A stretch of DNA of 64,000 bases. Origin: Candidatus Hydrogenedentota bacterium. Its GTDB lineage: Bacteria; Hydrogenedentota; Hydrogenedentia; Hydrogenedentales; JAEUWI01. The notes beneath the pieces were generated by a model. That model saw nothing but the letters and a program-made list of their open reading frames with translations, was not told the origin of the DNA and ran no database searches. Below, in pieces: positions 26,013 to 35,252 of this stretch. Every line of letters starts with the position of its first letter. Position 1 is the stretch's first letter. The stretch lies in assembly GCA_034669905.1 (NCBI GenBank), contig JAXMOL010000043.1, forward strand, positions 1-64,000. Reading direction: 5' to 3'. Position numbers and translations under genes: made by a program.

Positions 26013-26918
26013 ATGTTTAAGACCAAATGGCGATGTGACCTCACACTTGATTCCCAGCGTGCCGTGGTTTCCGGCGACCCGGATCGCCTGGCAGATTCCA
26101 TTCGTCGGGGCGCCGATCTTCGAATTCAGACGGCCTTTCGCCACAACGAGCACATCGATACGGACTCGCCCTCCAATGAACGTATCGAGGAGGTGGCAGA
26201 ATTCAAGACCACCTACCTGCTGGAAGACCGCTTTGTGGCCGGCATCATGACCAACCGGCAGCCGGTGCAACTGCCCGATGGTTTCGGCCCCCGTCCCTCC
26301 ATGTCGTTTTTTCTCTACAATCAGGATGGGCAGCAGGCCATCGCCCGGCCCTTCCTGGATGGTGCGCCGGTAGCGGGGGCGCCGGGCTTGTCTCCCTGCG
26401 ACGACCACAGCGCCATGTCCAGGTATCACCAGCTGGACGCCTTCGACGGAGATACCAACGCGCCCAGCAGCAACTTTATTTACGACTTTGAGACCTTTCG
26501 CTATCTCGTGCGGGACGATTGGACCGAGGTGCTTTCTCATGACCGGGAGGGCGAGGTACTTTCCGGCGGAATCGACGGGTTGGCCGAGGCCTTTGTGGCC
26601 GGTGCCGATGTGAAGGTGGCGATTCGGGGGCTGTGCGCGGACGTGGAGGCGGGCGAGGTGTGCTCCATGGACCACGAGGTATTCGTACCCATTGGCTACA
26701 GCTATTACTACACGGAGCAGCAGTGCTATATCGGTGCGGCCCACCCGACAGTCCGGGTGCGTCCGGACATACCGCTGCGCTACCACACAAAAGCCTGGGA
26801 TTTCGGCTGGCTGCTGCCCCGGACGGATGGCCACTGTCCCCGTCTCTTGAATGATCCGTACACCCTGCAGTTTCACCGCAGCGCAGGGCGCTATGCCATG
26901 CGCTGGTTCGTGCGCTGA
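26013..26918 (+). CDS. Hypothetical protein with a two-fold internal repeat
   Basis: GGGGAG SD before ATG 26013; repeats WRCDLTLDSQRAVVSGDPDRLADSIRRGADLRI / WTEVLSHDREGEVLSGGIDGLAEAFVAGADVKV. Confidence 0.75.
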   Translation: MFKTKWRCDLTLDSQRAVVSGDPDRLADSIRRGADLRIQTAFRHNEHIDTDSPSNERIEEVAEFKTTYLLEDRFVAGIMTNRQPVQLPDGFGPRPSMSFFLYNQDGQQAIARPFLDGAPVAGAPGLSPCDDHSAMSRYHQLDAFDGDTNAPSSNFIYDFETFRYLVRDDWTEVLSHDREGEVLSGGIDGLAEAFVAGADVKVAIRGLCADVEAGEVCSMDHEVFVPIGYSYYYTEQQCYIGAAHPTVRVRPDIPLRYHTKAWDFGWLLPRTDGHCPRLLNDPYTLQFHRSAGRYAMRWFVR

Positions 26919-26978
26919 GGCGAACGAACTTTTTGATATTGAAACCTTTTGCAACGAGAAGAAAGCATTCGTACGACG

Positions 26979-28997
26979 ATGAAGTCTATTGCTCTTAGAA
27001 TGACCCTGCTGGCCCTCTTGCTATCCACTGCATCTGCCCGGGAACTTCACGTGGCCCCCCATGGAAGCGATTCCCAGGCAGGCACCGAGGAGGAGCCCCT
27101 GGCGTCCCTGGCCGCCGCGCGTGATGGGGCGCGGGGTGCCGGAGAAGCCGTCACGGTCTGGCTCCACGATGGGGTGTATACCCTTAAAGATACCGTGGCC
27201 TTCACTGCGGCCGATAGCGGCACTGAGTCGACCCCGATTCACTATCGGGCACTGAACCCGGGGAAGGTCCATCTTTCTGGCGGTGTGCTGCTGGACCCGA
27301 CCGCTTTCCAGGTGGTCGAGAACGATTCGCGCATCGCGGCGTCTGCCCGGGATGCCGTGCGACGCATTGATTTGGGGCCCCTGGGAGTGACCAGCCTCGG
27401 CACCTATCCCGACCAGTTTCGCACGGCCCAGGCCCTGCCCGAGTTATTTTTCAATGGCGAACGCATGACCCTGGCGCGGTGGCCCAACGAAGGGTGGGCG
27501 ACCATCGATACCGTCGTCGAGAGTGGGGCCGCACCCTGGCGTAAACATGCGTCTGATGCCCTGGGTGTATTTACCTATACGGGTGATGGGCCCTCGCGCT
27601 GGGCAGATGTCGACGACGTATGGGTGGAGGGTTACTGGTGTTTCGACTGGGCATCAGAGACCATCCGGGTAGCGTCGGTCGACCCCGCCAATCGCGCGAT
27701 CCACCTGGCGAAACCCCATGTCTATGGCCTGGGCAGTGGCAACCCGGCCCCCCGGCGTTTTCGGGCGGTCAATCTGCTGGAAGAGCTGGATAGCGCGGGG
27801 GAATACTTCATCGACCGCAAGGCGCAGGCCCTCTACTTCTGGCCGCCTGCCCCCTTGGAGGGGGCGCGTGTGACGCTCTCACTCCTCAGCAAGCCGCTCA
27901 TCGCCCTCGATGACGTCTCCCACGTTTCCTTCTCGGGACTCGTATTGCAGGACTGCGCCGGTACGGCGATGACGGTCAACGGCGGAAGCCACGTTCGGAT
28001 TGCAGGTTGCGAAATTCGTAATGCGGGACTCCAGGGAATCGTGGTGGACGGCGGAAGCCATCACGTTATCCAAAGCTGTGATATCCACCACAACGGTACC
28101 GGGGGTATTCAAATTGCCGGAGGGGATCGCAAGACCTTGACGCCTTCGGGCCACCGCGTCGTGAACAATCACATCTACCGGGTGTCCGAACGAATGCGGA
28201 CAGCAGCCTATAACCTGCGGGTCAACGGGGTCGGGGTCTACGTGGCCCACAACGAAATCAACGACGCGCCCCACCAGGCGATTGGCTGGGCGGGGAATGA
28301 CCATATCTTCGAATTGAACGACGTACACCATGTGAGTATGAATTCCGACGACTGCGGTGCGTTTTATATGGGGCGGGACCCTTCCCACCGGGGCTCCATC
28401 ATTCGCCATAATTATTGGCACCATATCGGGAGTGAGATGGCCCACGGCAGTTGCGCCATCTACTTTGATGATGGGGATGGTGGCCAGGTGGTCACGGGCA
28501 ATGTGTTCTACAAGGCGTCCGGGGGTAATTTTGGCGCGGTCTTCAACCATGGTGGTCACGATAACCAGGTCACCAACAATATCTTCATCGAATGTGATCA
28601 GGCCATCGGTTCCGCACCCTGGAGTGATGCAAACTGGGCGAAGTGGCAGGAAGATCCTCTGTGGCAGAAGCGGCTTCGGGAAGATGTGGACATAACCCAG
28701 CCGCCCTACACCGACCGCTATCCGGGGCTCAGGGATTTCTACACCTACGAAGGTCTCCGGATGAACCATGCCTCCGGCAATGTGGCGGTCCGATGCAAGA
28801 ATTATGTGGAAGGAAACTGGCTTGTTGGAGCGAGTCTGGTGACGCAGGAGGATCCGGGCTTCGAAGATTGGAAGGGAGGGAATTTCCGCCTGCGCGATGA
28901 TGCGGCGGTTTTTCAGTGGCTTCCGGATTTTGAGCCGATTCCCTTCGAGTCGATTGGGCTCTACGTGGACGAGCACCGAAGTGCCCTTTCGAAGTAG
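26979..28997 (+). CDS. Secreted right-handed parallel beta-helix protein (GH141-like/pectin-lyase fold)
   Basis: Signal peptide; HVAPHGSD...GT, LFFNGERMTLARWPN, NLLEELDSAGE, DCGAFY, AIYFDD, FEPIPFESIG. Confidence 0.88.
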   Translation: MKSIALRMTLLALLLSTASARELHVAPHGSDSQAGTEEEPLASLAAARDGARGAGEAVTVWLHDGVYTLKDTVAFTAADSGTESTPIHYRALNPGKVHLSGGVLLDPTAFQVVENDSRIAASARDAVRRIDLGPLGVTSLGTYPDQFRTAQALPELFFNGERMTLARWPNEGWATIDTVVESGAAPWRKHASDALGVFTYTGDGPSRWADVDDVWVEGYWCFDWASETIRVASVDPANRAIHLAKPHVYGLGSGNPAPRRFRAVNLLEELDSAGEYFIDRKAQALYFWPPAPLEGARVTLSLLSKPLIALDDVSHVSFSGLVLQDCAGTAMTVNGGSHVRIAGCEIRNAGLQGIVVDGGSHHVIQSCDIHHNGTGGIQIAGGDRKTLTPSGHRVVNNHIYRVSERMRTAAYNLRVNGVGVYVAHNEINDAPHQAIGWAGNDHIFELNDVHHVSMNSDDCGAFYMGRDPSHRGSIIRHNYWHHIGSEMAHGSCAIYFDDGDGGQVVTGNVFYKASGGNFGAVFNHGGHDNQVTNNIFIECDQAIGSAPWSDANWAKWQEDPLWQKRLREDVDITQPPYTDRYPGLRDFYTYEGLRMNHASGNVAVRCKNYVEGNWLVGASLVTQEDPGFEDWKGGNFRLRDDAAVFQWLPDFEPIPFESIGLYVDEHRSALSK

Positions 28998-29086
28998 TCT
29001 TTTCTTTCCCGTTACGCCATGCTAGGATTGAGCCACGAGGCAGTTGAAACAGGACGTGCAACGTAAACTAAGGGAGGCCGGTTGCC

Positions 29087-30181
29087 ATGTCAATTCGCTT
29101 AGGGGAGTATGTGTTGTGTGGGGAGTTGTGGACGACGAATCGTTACGGCGTTCACGGCTATGTGGCGCTGCGGGGCGAACAAAATGAGCACGGAGAGAAT
29201 ATGGCGCTCCGTCTTGAACTGACGGGTACGACGGCGCCCGATTTGCGCGGAAAGCACCTTCGTTTTGAGCCAGCGGCGGACGATGGGACGTTGAAGGACT
29301 ATACCTGGGAGCAGTTCAAGAAGTTGTCCCAGTTCCAGAACGGCCCTACGGGTACCATGACGGCCCAGGGGTGGGTCCGGGCATTGCCCTGTTCGGTGGA
29401 GGAATTTGTCAGTCGCAGTCATTTGGGTGAAGCGCCGCCGACCCCCTGGCGCGATCGCCTGATGTTGGAATGGTTCAGCCAGAATGGTCGGGTGACGGTG
29501 GAGTTGGCCGGGGCCACGGTGGAGTATTGCACCCGGGAGCCCGACGAGAACGACGAAGCGGATGAGGGGGATTGGGCACCCATTGAAAACCTGGCCCTGC
29601 CGCCGGAGATGGACCCGTCAAAGCAGGCCGGCCCGACGGTCACCCGCTTTCAGGTGGATGATGATTCCTGTCAGATCGATACCATTCGGCCCGTGCCGTT
29701 GGAGATGGACGAAAACGACGGAGATGATTTTCAATCCGCGCTGGATGCGGAGACGCGGCGTATCGACCGGGCCATTCAGGGAGAGTCGGTCGAGGAGATT
29801 GATGCGCTGGATGCGCTCAAGCGGATGGACTATTGTATAGAGCACGGGGAGACGGTACCGCTTTCCGCTTTCATTGGGAACTTTAACGCCCTGCCGAAAC
29901 CGGATAGTCTGGATGATGATGCGGTGGAGGGAGAGCTCAAGGCGCTACTCGCCCGGATGGTAATGCATGGGGTGGTACTCGATGTGTGTGATCACTTCAC
30001 GCCCCGCGACTGCTATCGACTCTTGCTGGAAGCAATCGTGCCCGAAGAAGGGGCCTACAAGGAACTCGCCGGCACGGGATGGGTACAACATTTCTCGACC
30101 TGGGAGTATTGCAAACAATGTGAGGCGGAACTTGAAGCGGAATTCGAGGCGGGGGAGCGACAAAATGAATTCGATACGTAG
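29087..30181 (+). CDS. Acidic hypothetical protein with C-terminal CxxC
   Basis: GGGAGG SD; 364-aa ORF with coding-like composition; EYCKQCE near the C-terminus. Confidence 0.75.
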   Translation: MSIRLGEYVLCGELWTTNRYGVHGYVALRGEQNEHGENMALRLELTGTTAPDLRGKHLRFEPAADDGTLKDYTWEQFKKLSQFQNGPTGTMTAQGWVRALPCSVEEFVSRSHLGEAPPTPWRDRLMLEWFSQNGRVTVELAGATVEYCTREPDENDEADEGDWAPIENLALPPEMDPSKQAGPTVTRFQVDDDSCQIDTIRPVPLEMDENDGDDFQSALDAETRRIDRAIQGESVEEIDALDALKRMDYCIEHGETVPLSAFIGNFNALPKPDSLDDDAVEGELKALLARMVMHGVVLDVCDHFTPRDCYRLLLEAIVPEEGAYKELAGTGWVQHFSTWEYCKQCEAELEAEFEAGERQNEFDT

Positions 30182-30240
30182 CGCAAAAGGGGCTCTGACG
30201 TGACAGGCCAAGGCCACTTGGCCACAATGATTGGAAATTT

Positions 30241-32049
30241 ATGAGCCAGTTCAATAATGACGAAGCAGTACCGCCCTTACCCACGGCCCGATTGGGACTG
30301 GCCATTACCAGCCTGGTGTTGGGAATATTGTCTGTATTTCTCAGCTTCATTTTACTGGGCGGGCTCCTGGGCGCCGTCGGCATTGTATTAAGCGCTATAC
30401 ACCTTGGCGGTGAGCGCCATTTCCGGGCCATGGCCGGGTGGGGCCTGGGCCTTTCTATCACCGGTGTGCTTCTGACGGCCGTTTTTACAGTGGTCTATAT
30501 AGTGTTGGCCATGGAGACCTTCCCCTTCTTCGGCTTTGGCGGCTACGATGATTTCATGATGGAGCAGGATTACTCCCAGTGGGAGGGGGTTCGCGCACCG
30601 GATATGACCTTGCCGACCTTGGATGGGGAAGAGATCACCTTGAGCGCTCTGCGGGGCAAACGGGTCATCATCGACGTGGGGGGAAGCTACTTCTGGGAGG
30701 CGCGGCACATCAAGGAACTGAATGCCCTGTCCCTGGCGGGGGAGGTGGTCGTGATCGCAGTAAGCGAGGAAGACCCCGACACCCTTCGGAAATTTGTGGC
30801 GGACGAGGGTATTGTCTATCCCGTGGTGTCGCAAAGCGGCTTGCCCGATCCCTTCGGGGGCGCGATGTTTTCGGCGGTACGATTCTTCATTGACCGCAAC
30901 GGCGTTATTCAATTTGCCAAGAGCGGCGACTACGACGGCGAGGCGCTTGTGGCGGCCGCCACGGCCGACGATTTTGCGGGTGATGTGCAGGAGGAAATCG
31001 TCGCGCCACGCTCGGGCTTGCTGGAAGGCGACCACTATTTTGGGGTGACCGAGGCCTGGACCCTGGAAGTGCCGGAGGCTTACTTGATCTCCCGTGGAGA
31101 TTGGGATGGCGATGGCGCGGACGAACTGCTGATGACTACGTGGGACGAGTCGCTGGTGGTGCTGGGTGCAGACGGCACGAAACAGGCCACCGTGGACTTG
31201 CCAGACGGTATCGACACCGTCCACCTGCTGCAGCACGCGTCCGGCCCCCGGCTCGTGGGCTATTCTGATGTGGAGGGCAAGGTCGTTGCCATGACCCTGG
31301 ACGGAGAGGTGATTTGGACCTATAAGGGGAGTTGGTTTACCAGCTATGTGGAAAGCCTGGTCGCGGGCGATGTGGATGGCGATGGAAACGACGAAGTCCT
31401 GGTGGGCATGATGAATGGCGTTCACCTCGTCTCTGAGGATGGCGAGCGCCTATGGCGAAACCGGAACGTGGGTATGGGTTCCGTGGGCCTCGGGGTTGCT
31501 TCCGACGGGTATGGCCGACTCTATGCCAGCCAATTCTTCAATGTACTGCGTCTTGATGTCCAAGGTGAGAAAATCGGTGCCATTGGAATGAACCAGGACT
31601 ACTGTGAGGACATCCTCGTAGACAATACATCATCCAACGGCCCGCTCCAGGTGATGATTCTGGGCGATGAGAAGATATTCGCAGCCAGTGAAAACGGCGC
31701 TATTCTCTGGACGGTCCCGACCTTTTCGGGCGATGATTATTGGCCCGATGTGTTTTGTGCCAGTGGCGACGTGGAAGGAGATGGTATCACCGAATGGGCC
31801 CTGGTGGATGAAGCGGGGCGGCTTGCCATCATCACTTCCCAGGGTGAGCGGGTGGGGCATCTCGACGACCAGGGGGCGGTGGAGTCCTTTACATTTTTAA
31901 ACACCCGCGGTGGAGCGGCTACATTGGTTACGATGGAAGACGAGGTGTTGACCGGATACCATTTCAGCCCCACCGCCGTTCCCGCCGTGGCAGCCATTCC
32001 AGACGGCTCCGATGGGCCAGAGGAAAACGAGGTGGAAGCTGCCGAATGA
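30241..32049 (+). CDS. DUF4190-like membrane domain + redoxin-like domain lacking CxxC + FG-GAP-type propeller
   Basis: LAITSLVLGILS..GLGLS TM helices; APDMTLPTLDGEEITLSALRGKRVII...FFIDRNGVI; GDWDGDGADE, GDVDGDGNDE, GDVEGDGITE repeats. Confidence 0.8.
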   Translation: MSQFNNDEAVPPLPTARLGLAITSLVLGILSVFLSFILLGGLLGAVGIVLSAIHLGGERHFRAMAGWGLGLSITGVLLTAVFTVVYIVLAMETFPFFGFGGYDDFMMEQDYSQWEGVRAPDMTLPTLDGEEITLSALRGKRVIIDVGGSYFWEARHIKELNALSLAGEVVVIAVSEEDPDTLRKFVADEGIVYPVVSQSGLPDPFGGAMFSAVRFFIDRNGVIQFAKSGDYDGEALVAAATADDFAGDVQEEIVAPRSGLLEGDHYFGVTEAWTLEVPEAYLISRGDWDGDGADELLMTTWDESLVVLGADGTKQATVDLPDGIDTVHLLQHASGPRLVGYSDVEGKVVAMTLDGEVIWTYKGSWFTSYVESLVAGDVDGDGNDEVLVGMMNGVHLVSEDGERLWRNRNVGMGSVGLGVASDGYGRLYASQFFNVLRLDVQGEKIGAIGMNQDYCEDILVDNTSSNGPLQVMILGDEKIFAASENGAILWTVPTFSGDDYWPDVFCASGDVEGDGITEWALVDEAGRLAIITSQGERVGHLDDQGAVESFTFLNTRGGAATLVTMEDEVLTGYHFSPTAVPAVAAIPDGSDGPEENEVEAAE

Positions 32050-32185
32050 TGATTGGTTTGGTGATGAATAGAAAGTTTTCGTGGTGGGTGTCGCGGCCCG
32101 GTGAGTTGATTACGTGATGATGGGTTCGGTTATTGATGGTGGCAAGTGATAATGGGGCGTTGGTCCGTATTATCAGGAGCACGCT

Positions 32186-33754
32186 GTGTTGATGTTTGAA
32201 TTCGCCCCTTCGACCAGGCCCGATTGGAAGCGGGTGTGTCGCCGTATGCTGCTGACAGTCTTCCCAATTCTCGCGGTTGTTGCCGCCGTGGCCTGGGGAG
32301 TGTATCACCCGCATCCAGGTGACGCAGCTGAAGCCGCCGTCGCTGTGGGCTCCCTTGAGGGCACTCTCCATAGCATCGTGTGGGGGCTACTCGCTTTCGT
32401 GGCTGTTCTGGTGGTGGTAGGCGGTGGATTCGTGGCGTACGCCTGGGAGCAACGGGAGGCGGTGCGCGGTGCGTTGGCGGAGACCCAGGACTGCCTGTCG
32501 GCCCTTTGTGATACGACGGACGGCCCCCTGTTTGTCTGGGACGCTATGGGGAAATTTCTCGACGCGAACCAGGCCTTTGCCACGCTAATGGGCATGTCGC
32601 GGGAAGCGCTCAGGGCGGGTGCGTGTGTACGTGATCTGTCCACGCCCCAGGGCAAGGCGATGGCACAGTTCTTTACGTCGATCGAGCGCGGCTCCAACGG
32701 GGCGGGGGAACCCGAACGCCGGGAACTGGCCATGACCAATCCCGAGGGGAACAGCGCCTATTATGTGGTTTCCCTTGCATCGTTTCGCCGGAACCCGGGG
32801 GGCGAGGTGGCGATGGTGGGCAGGATGACCGACTGCACGAAACAAAAGGCCACCGAAATGGATCTGCTTCAGATTCGTGCGGCCCTCGATGATTCGGCCG
32901 ACGCCGTGTTGATTGCCGACGTGACGGGCACCCCTACCTACATCAACGCGGTCTTCGGCTATTGGTTTGGCTATACGCCGGATCAAATGGAATCGATCAA
33001 TCTGGATCGCATCTACGGCGGTCCGGGCCGCTTCGAAGCTATTATTACGCCCATATTGAACGGGGAAAACATTTCTGAAGACCTCATCTTGACGACCTAC
33101 TACGAGCGGATGTTTCATGTCCACCTTCGTGGCAGTGCCATCGTCGACGAGCATTTCGATGTGACAGGGTCCCTGTTCCTCCACACCGATGTAAGCGAAC
33201 AAAAGCGCTTGGAAGCCGAGCTGGAGCAGCTTTCCCGCATCGATGGGCTCACGGGAATTCATAACCGGCGTTCTTTTGATGATCGACTCACCCACGAATG
33301 GCGTCGTGCCCGACGGGAGCAGTCGCGTTTGTCGCTGATTATGCTGGACATCGACGCCTTCAAGCGTTATAACGACCACTACGGCCACCAAGAGGGCGAT
33401 GCGTGCCTGAAACAGGTTGCCGCCGGCATCGCGGAAATCTTCCAGCGTCCCAGCGATTTCGTGGCGCGTTATGGTGGTGAGGAGTTTGCCGTTATCATCG
33501 CGGATCACGGGGACGCCCTGACGGTAGCCCAGGCAGAACGTCTGCGGGGTCATATCGTGGCGCTCGCCCTGCCGCATGCCGATTCGCCGACCGCCGATGT
33601 GGTGACGGTAAGTATCGGGCTGGCCGCTATGGCGCCGGGTGAGACGGGGGATGAGCAAGAACTCATCCGGCTGGCGGACGAGGCCCTTTATCGCGCCAAA
33701 GAGCGGGGGCGTAACCGGGTCTGTCAGAATGGTATCGAATTGCCCTTGGGTTAA
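32186..33754 (+). CDS. Membrane PAS-PAS-GGDEF diguanylate cyclase
   Basis: 2 TM, two PAS-like segments, DGLTGIHNRR, DIDAFKRYNDHYGH, RPSD I-site, RYGGEEF. Confidence 0.93.
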   Translation: MLMFEFAPSTRPDWKRVCRRMLLTVFPILAVVAAVAWGVYHPHPGDAAEAAVAVGSLEGTLHSIVWGLLAFVAVLVVVGGGFVAYAWEQREAVRGALAETQDCLSALCDTTDGPLFVWDAMGKFLDANQAFATLMGMSREALRAGACVRDLSTPQGKAMAQFFTSIERGSNGAGEPERRELAMTNPEGNSAYYVVSLASFRRNPGGEVAMVGRMTDCTKQKATEMDLLQIRAALDDSADAVLIADVTGTPTYINAVFGYWFGYTPDQMESINLDRIYGGPGRFEAIITPILNGENISEDLILTTYYERMFHVHLRGSAIVDEHFDVTGSLFLHTDVSEQKRLEAELEQLSRIDGLTGIHNRRSFDDRLTHEWRRARREQSRLSLIMLDIDAFKRYNDHYGHQEGDACLKQVAAGIAEIFQRPSDFVARYGGEEFAVIIADHGDALTVAQAERLRGHIVALALPHADSPTADVVTVSIGLAAMAPGETGDEQELIRLADEALYRAKERGRNRVCQNGIELPLG

Positions 33755-33797
33755 CGTCGCCCTGCCGGATGTGCGCACGAAAAAGGAAGAACACGGT

Positions 33798-35234
33798 ATG
33801 AAAAGAAGCGCTTGTTTGGCCCTGAGCCTGGTGGGTATCGCTATGGTATGGAGTGGGTTGGCGGAGGCGGCCGCAAAGCCCAATGTGCTCTTTATCTTCG
33901 CCGACCAATGGCGTGCGCAGGCCACGGGTTATGCGGGGGATCCGAACCTGCAAGGGAAGACCCCGAATCTGGATGCCCTGGCGGCCGCGGGCGTCAATTT
34001 TACCCACGCCGTTTCGGGCATGCCCGTATGTACACCTTTTCGTGCCAGTCTTATGACGGGACAATATGCCCAGACCCATGGGCTGTTTCTGAACGACGTG
34101 CAATTGCCCGACGCGGCACGGACCATTGCAGAAGTGTATAAAGAGGAAGGGTACGCCACCGGCTTTATTGGTAAGTGGCACCTCGATGGTCACGGACGCC
34201 GCATGCCCATCCCGGAGGCGCGTCATCAGGGCTTTGATTACTGGAAGGTGCTCGAATGTACCCATGACTACAACAATTCTTATTTCTACGAAGGTGACGA
34301 CCCCACACCCCGGCACTGGGGAGAGTATGACGCCTTTGCCCAGACGCGGGATGCCCAACAATATATGACGTCCCAGGTGGCCGAGGGGAAGCCCTTCGCC
34401 CTCTTTCTGGCCTGGGGCCCGCCCCACAATCCCTACCAATCGGCCCCGGCCGAATACCAGGCGATGTTCGATCCGGAAACGATCGTCCTGCGTCCCAACG
34501 TGGTGCAGGAAGAGAAGTTCAAGAAGCAATTGGCGGGATACTACGCCCATATTGCCGCTCTCGACAAGAGTATGGGGGACCTGCTGAAAACGCTGGAGGC
34601 ACTGGGTGTGGCGGAGGACACCATCGTTGTCTTTACGTCAGACCACGGTGACATGCTGGGCTCGCAGGACAATGAGCGAAAGCAGCGCCCCTGGGACGAG
34701 TCGATTCGGGTGCCTTTTCTACTGCGTTACCCGAAGCTTCCGGGTGGAGAAGGCCGGGAGATCGCCATGCCGCTGAACAGTCCGGACATCATGCCTACCC
34801 TGTTGGGTCTGAGCGGCGTTCCTATTCCCGCGGGGGTAGAAGGGCGCAATTTCGCCCCCATCCTTCGGGGGGAGAGCGCACCGACGGATGAGGGCACCCT
34901 CATTGCCTGTATCACTCCATTTGGCGAGTACCTGCGGCGCAATGGTGGCAAGGAGTATCGGGGTATTCGCACCACGCGCTATACCTACGTCCGCGACTTG
35001 CACGGGCCATGGCTCCTTTACGACAACGAGGTTGACCCCTACCAACAGGACAATCTAGTTGGCAAGCCCGCGTATAAGGCGTTGGAAGACCGACTTGCCA
35101 CCGAACTGCAGGCCCTCCTCGACGCGCGGGGCGATCGCTTTGAGGCCGGCGAGACGTATATCGCACGATTCGGCCACCAGGTCGATCCGAAGAATGGTAC
35201 CGTGCCCTATACCAATGAGCTCCCGAAGAAATAG
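33798..35234 (+). CDS. Formylglycine-dependent sulfatase (S1), secreted
   Basis: Signal peptide; KPNVLFIFADQ, CTPFRASLMTG, GKWHL, TSDHG. Confidence 0.95.
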   Translation: MKRSACLALSLVGIAMVWSGLAEAAAKPNVLFIFADQWRAQATGYAGDPNLQGKTPNLDALAAAGVNFTHAVSGMPVCTPFRASLMTGQYAQTHGLFLNDVQLPDAARTIAEVYKEEGYATGFIGKWHLDGHGRRMPIPEARHQGFDYWKVLECTHDYNNSYFYEGDDPTPRHWGEYDAFAQTRDAQQYMTSQVAEGKPFALFLAWGPPHNPYQSAPAEYQAMFDPETIVLRPNVVQEEKFKKQLAGYYAHIAALDKSMGDLLKTLEALGVAEDTIVVFTSDHGDMLGSQDNERKQRPWDESIRVPFLLRYPKLPGGEGREIAMPLNSPDIMPTLLGLSGVPIPAGVEGRNFAPILRGESAPTDEGTLIACITPFGEYLRRNGGKEYRGIRTTRYTYVRDLHGPWLLYDNEVDPYQQDNLVGKPAYKALEDRLATELQALLDARGDRFEAGETYIARFGHQVDPKNGTVPYTNELPKK

Positions 35235-35252
35235 GGACTTCGAGGTTGGCCG

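Noticed and set aside
24566..26101. Longer ORF-track starts (26101, 25821, 33639, 46315, 52506, 59538, 60089, 39283)
   Set aside because: Extensions overlap neighbouring genes and precede clear signal peptides or SD sites; downstream starts were chosen
30660..30720. Selenocysteine recoding in the redoxin-like domain or Fe-S proteins
   Set aside because: Reading frames are open with no in-frame TGA at Cys-equivalent positions
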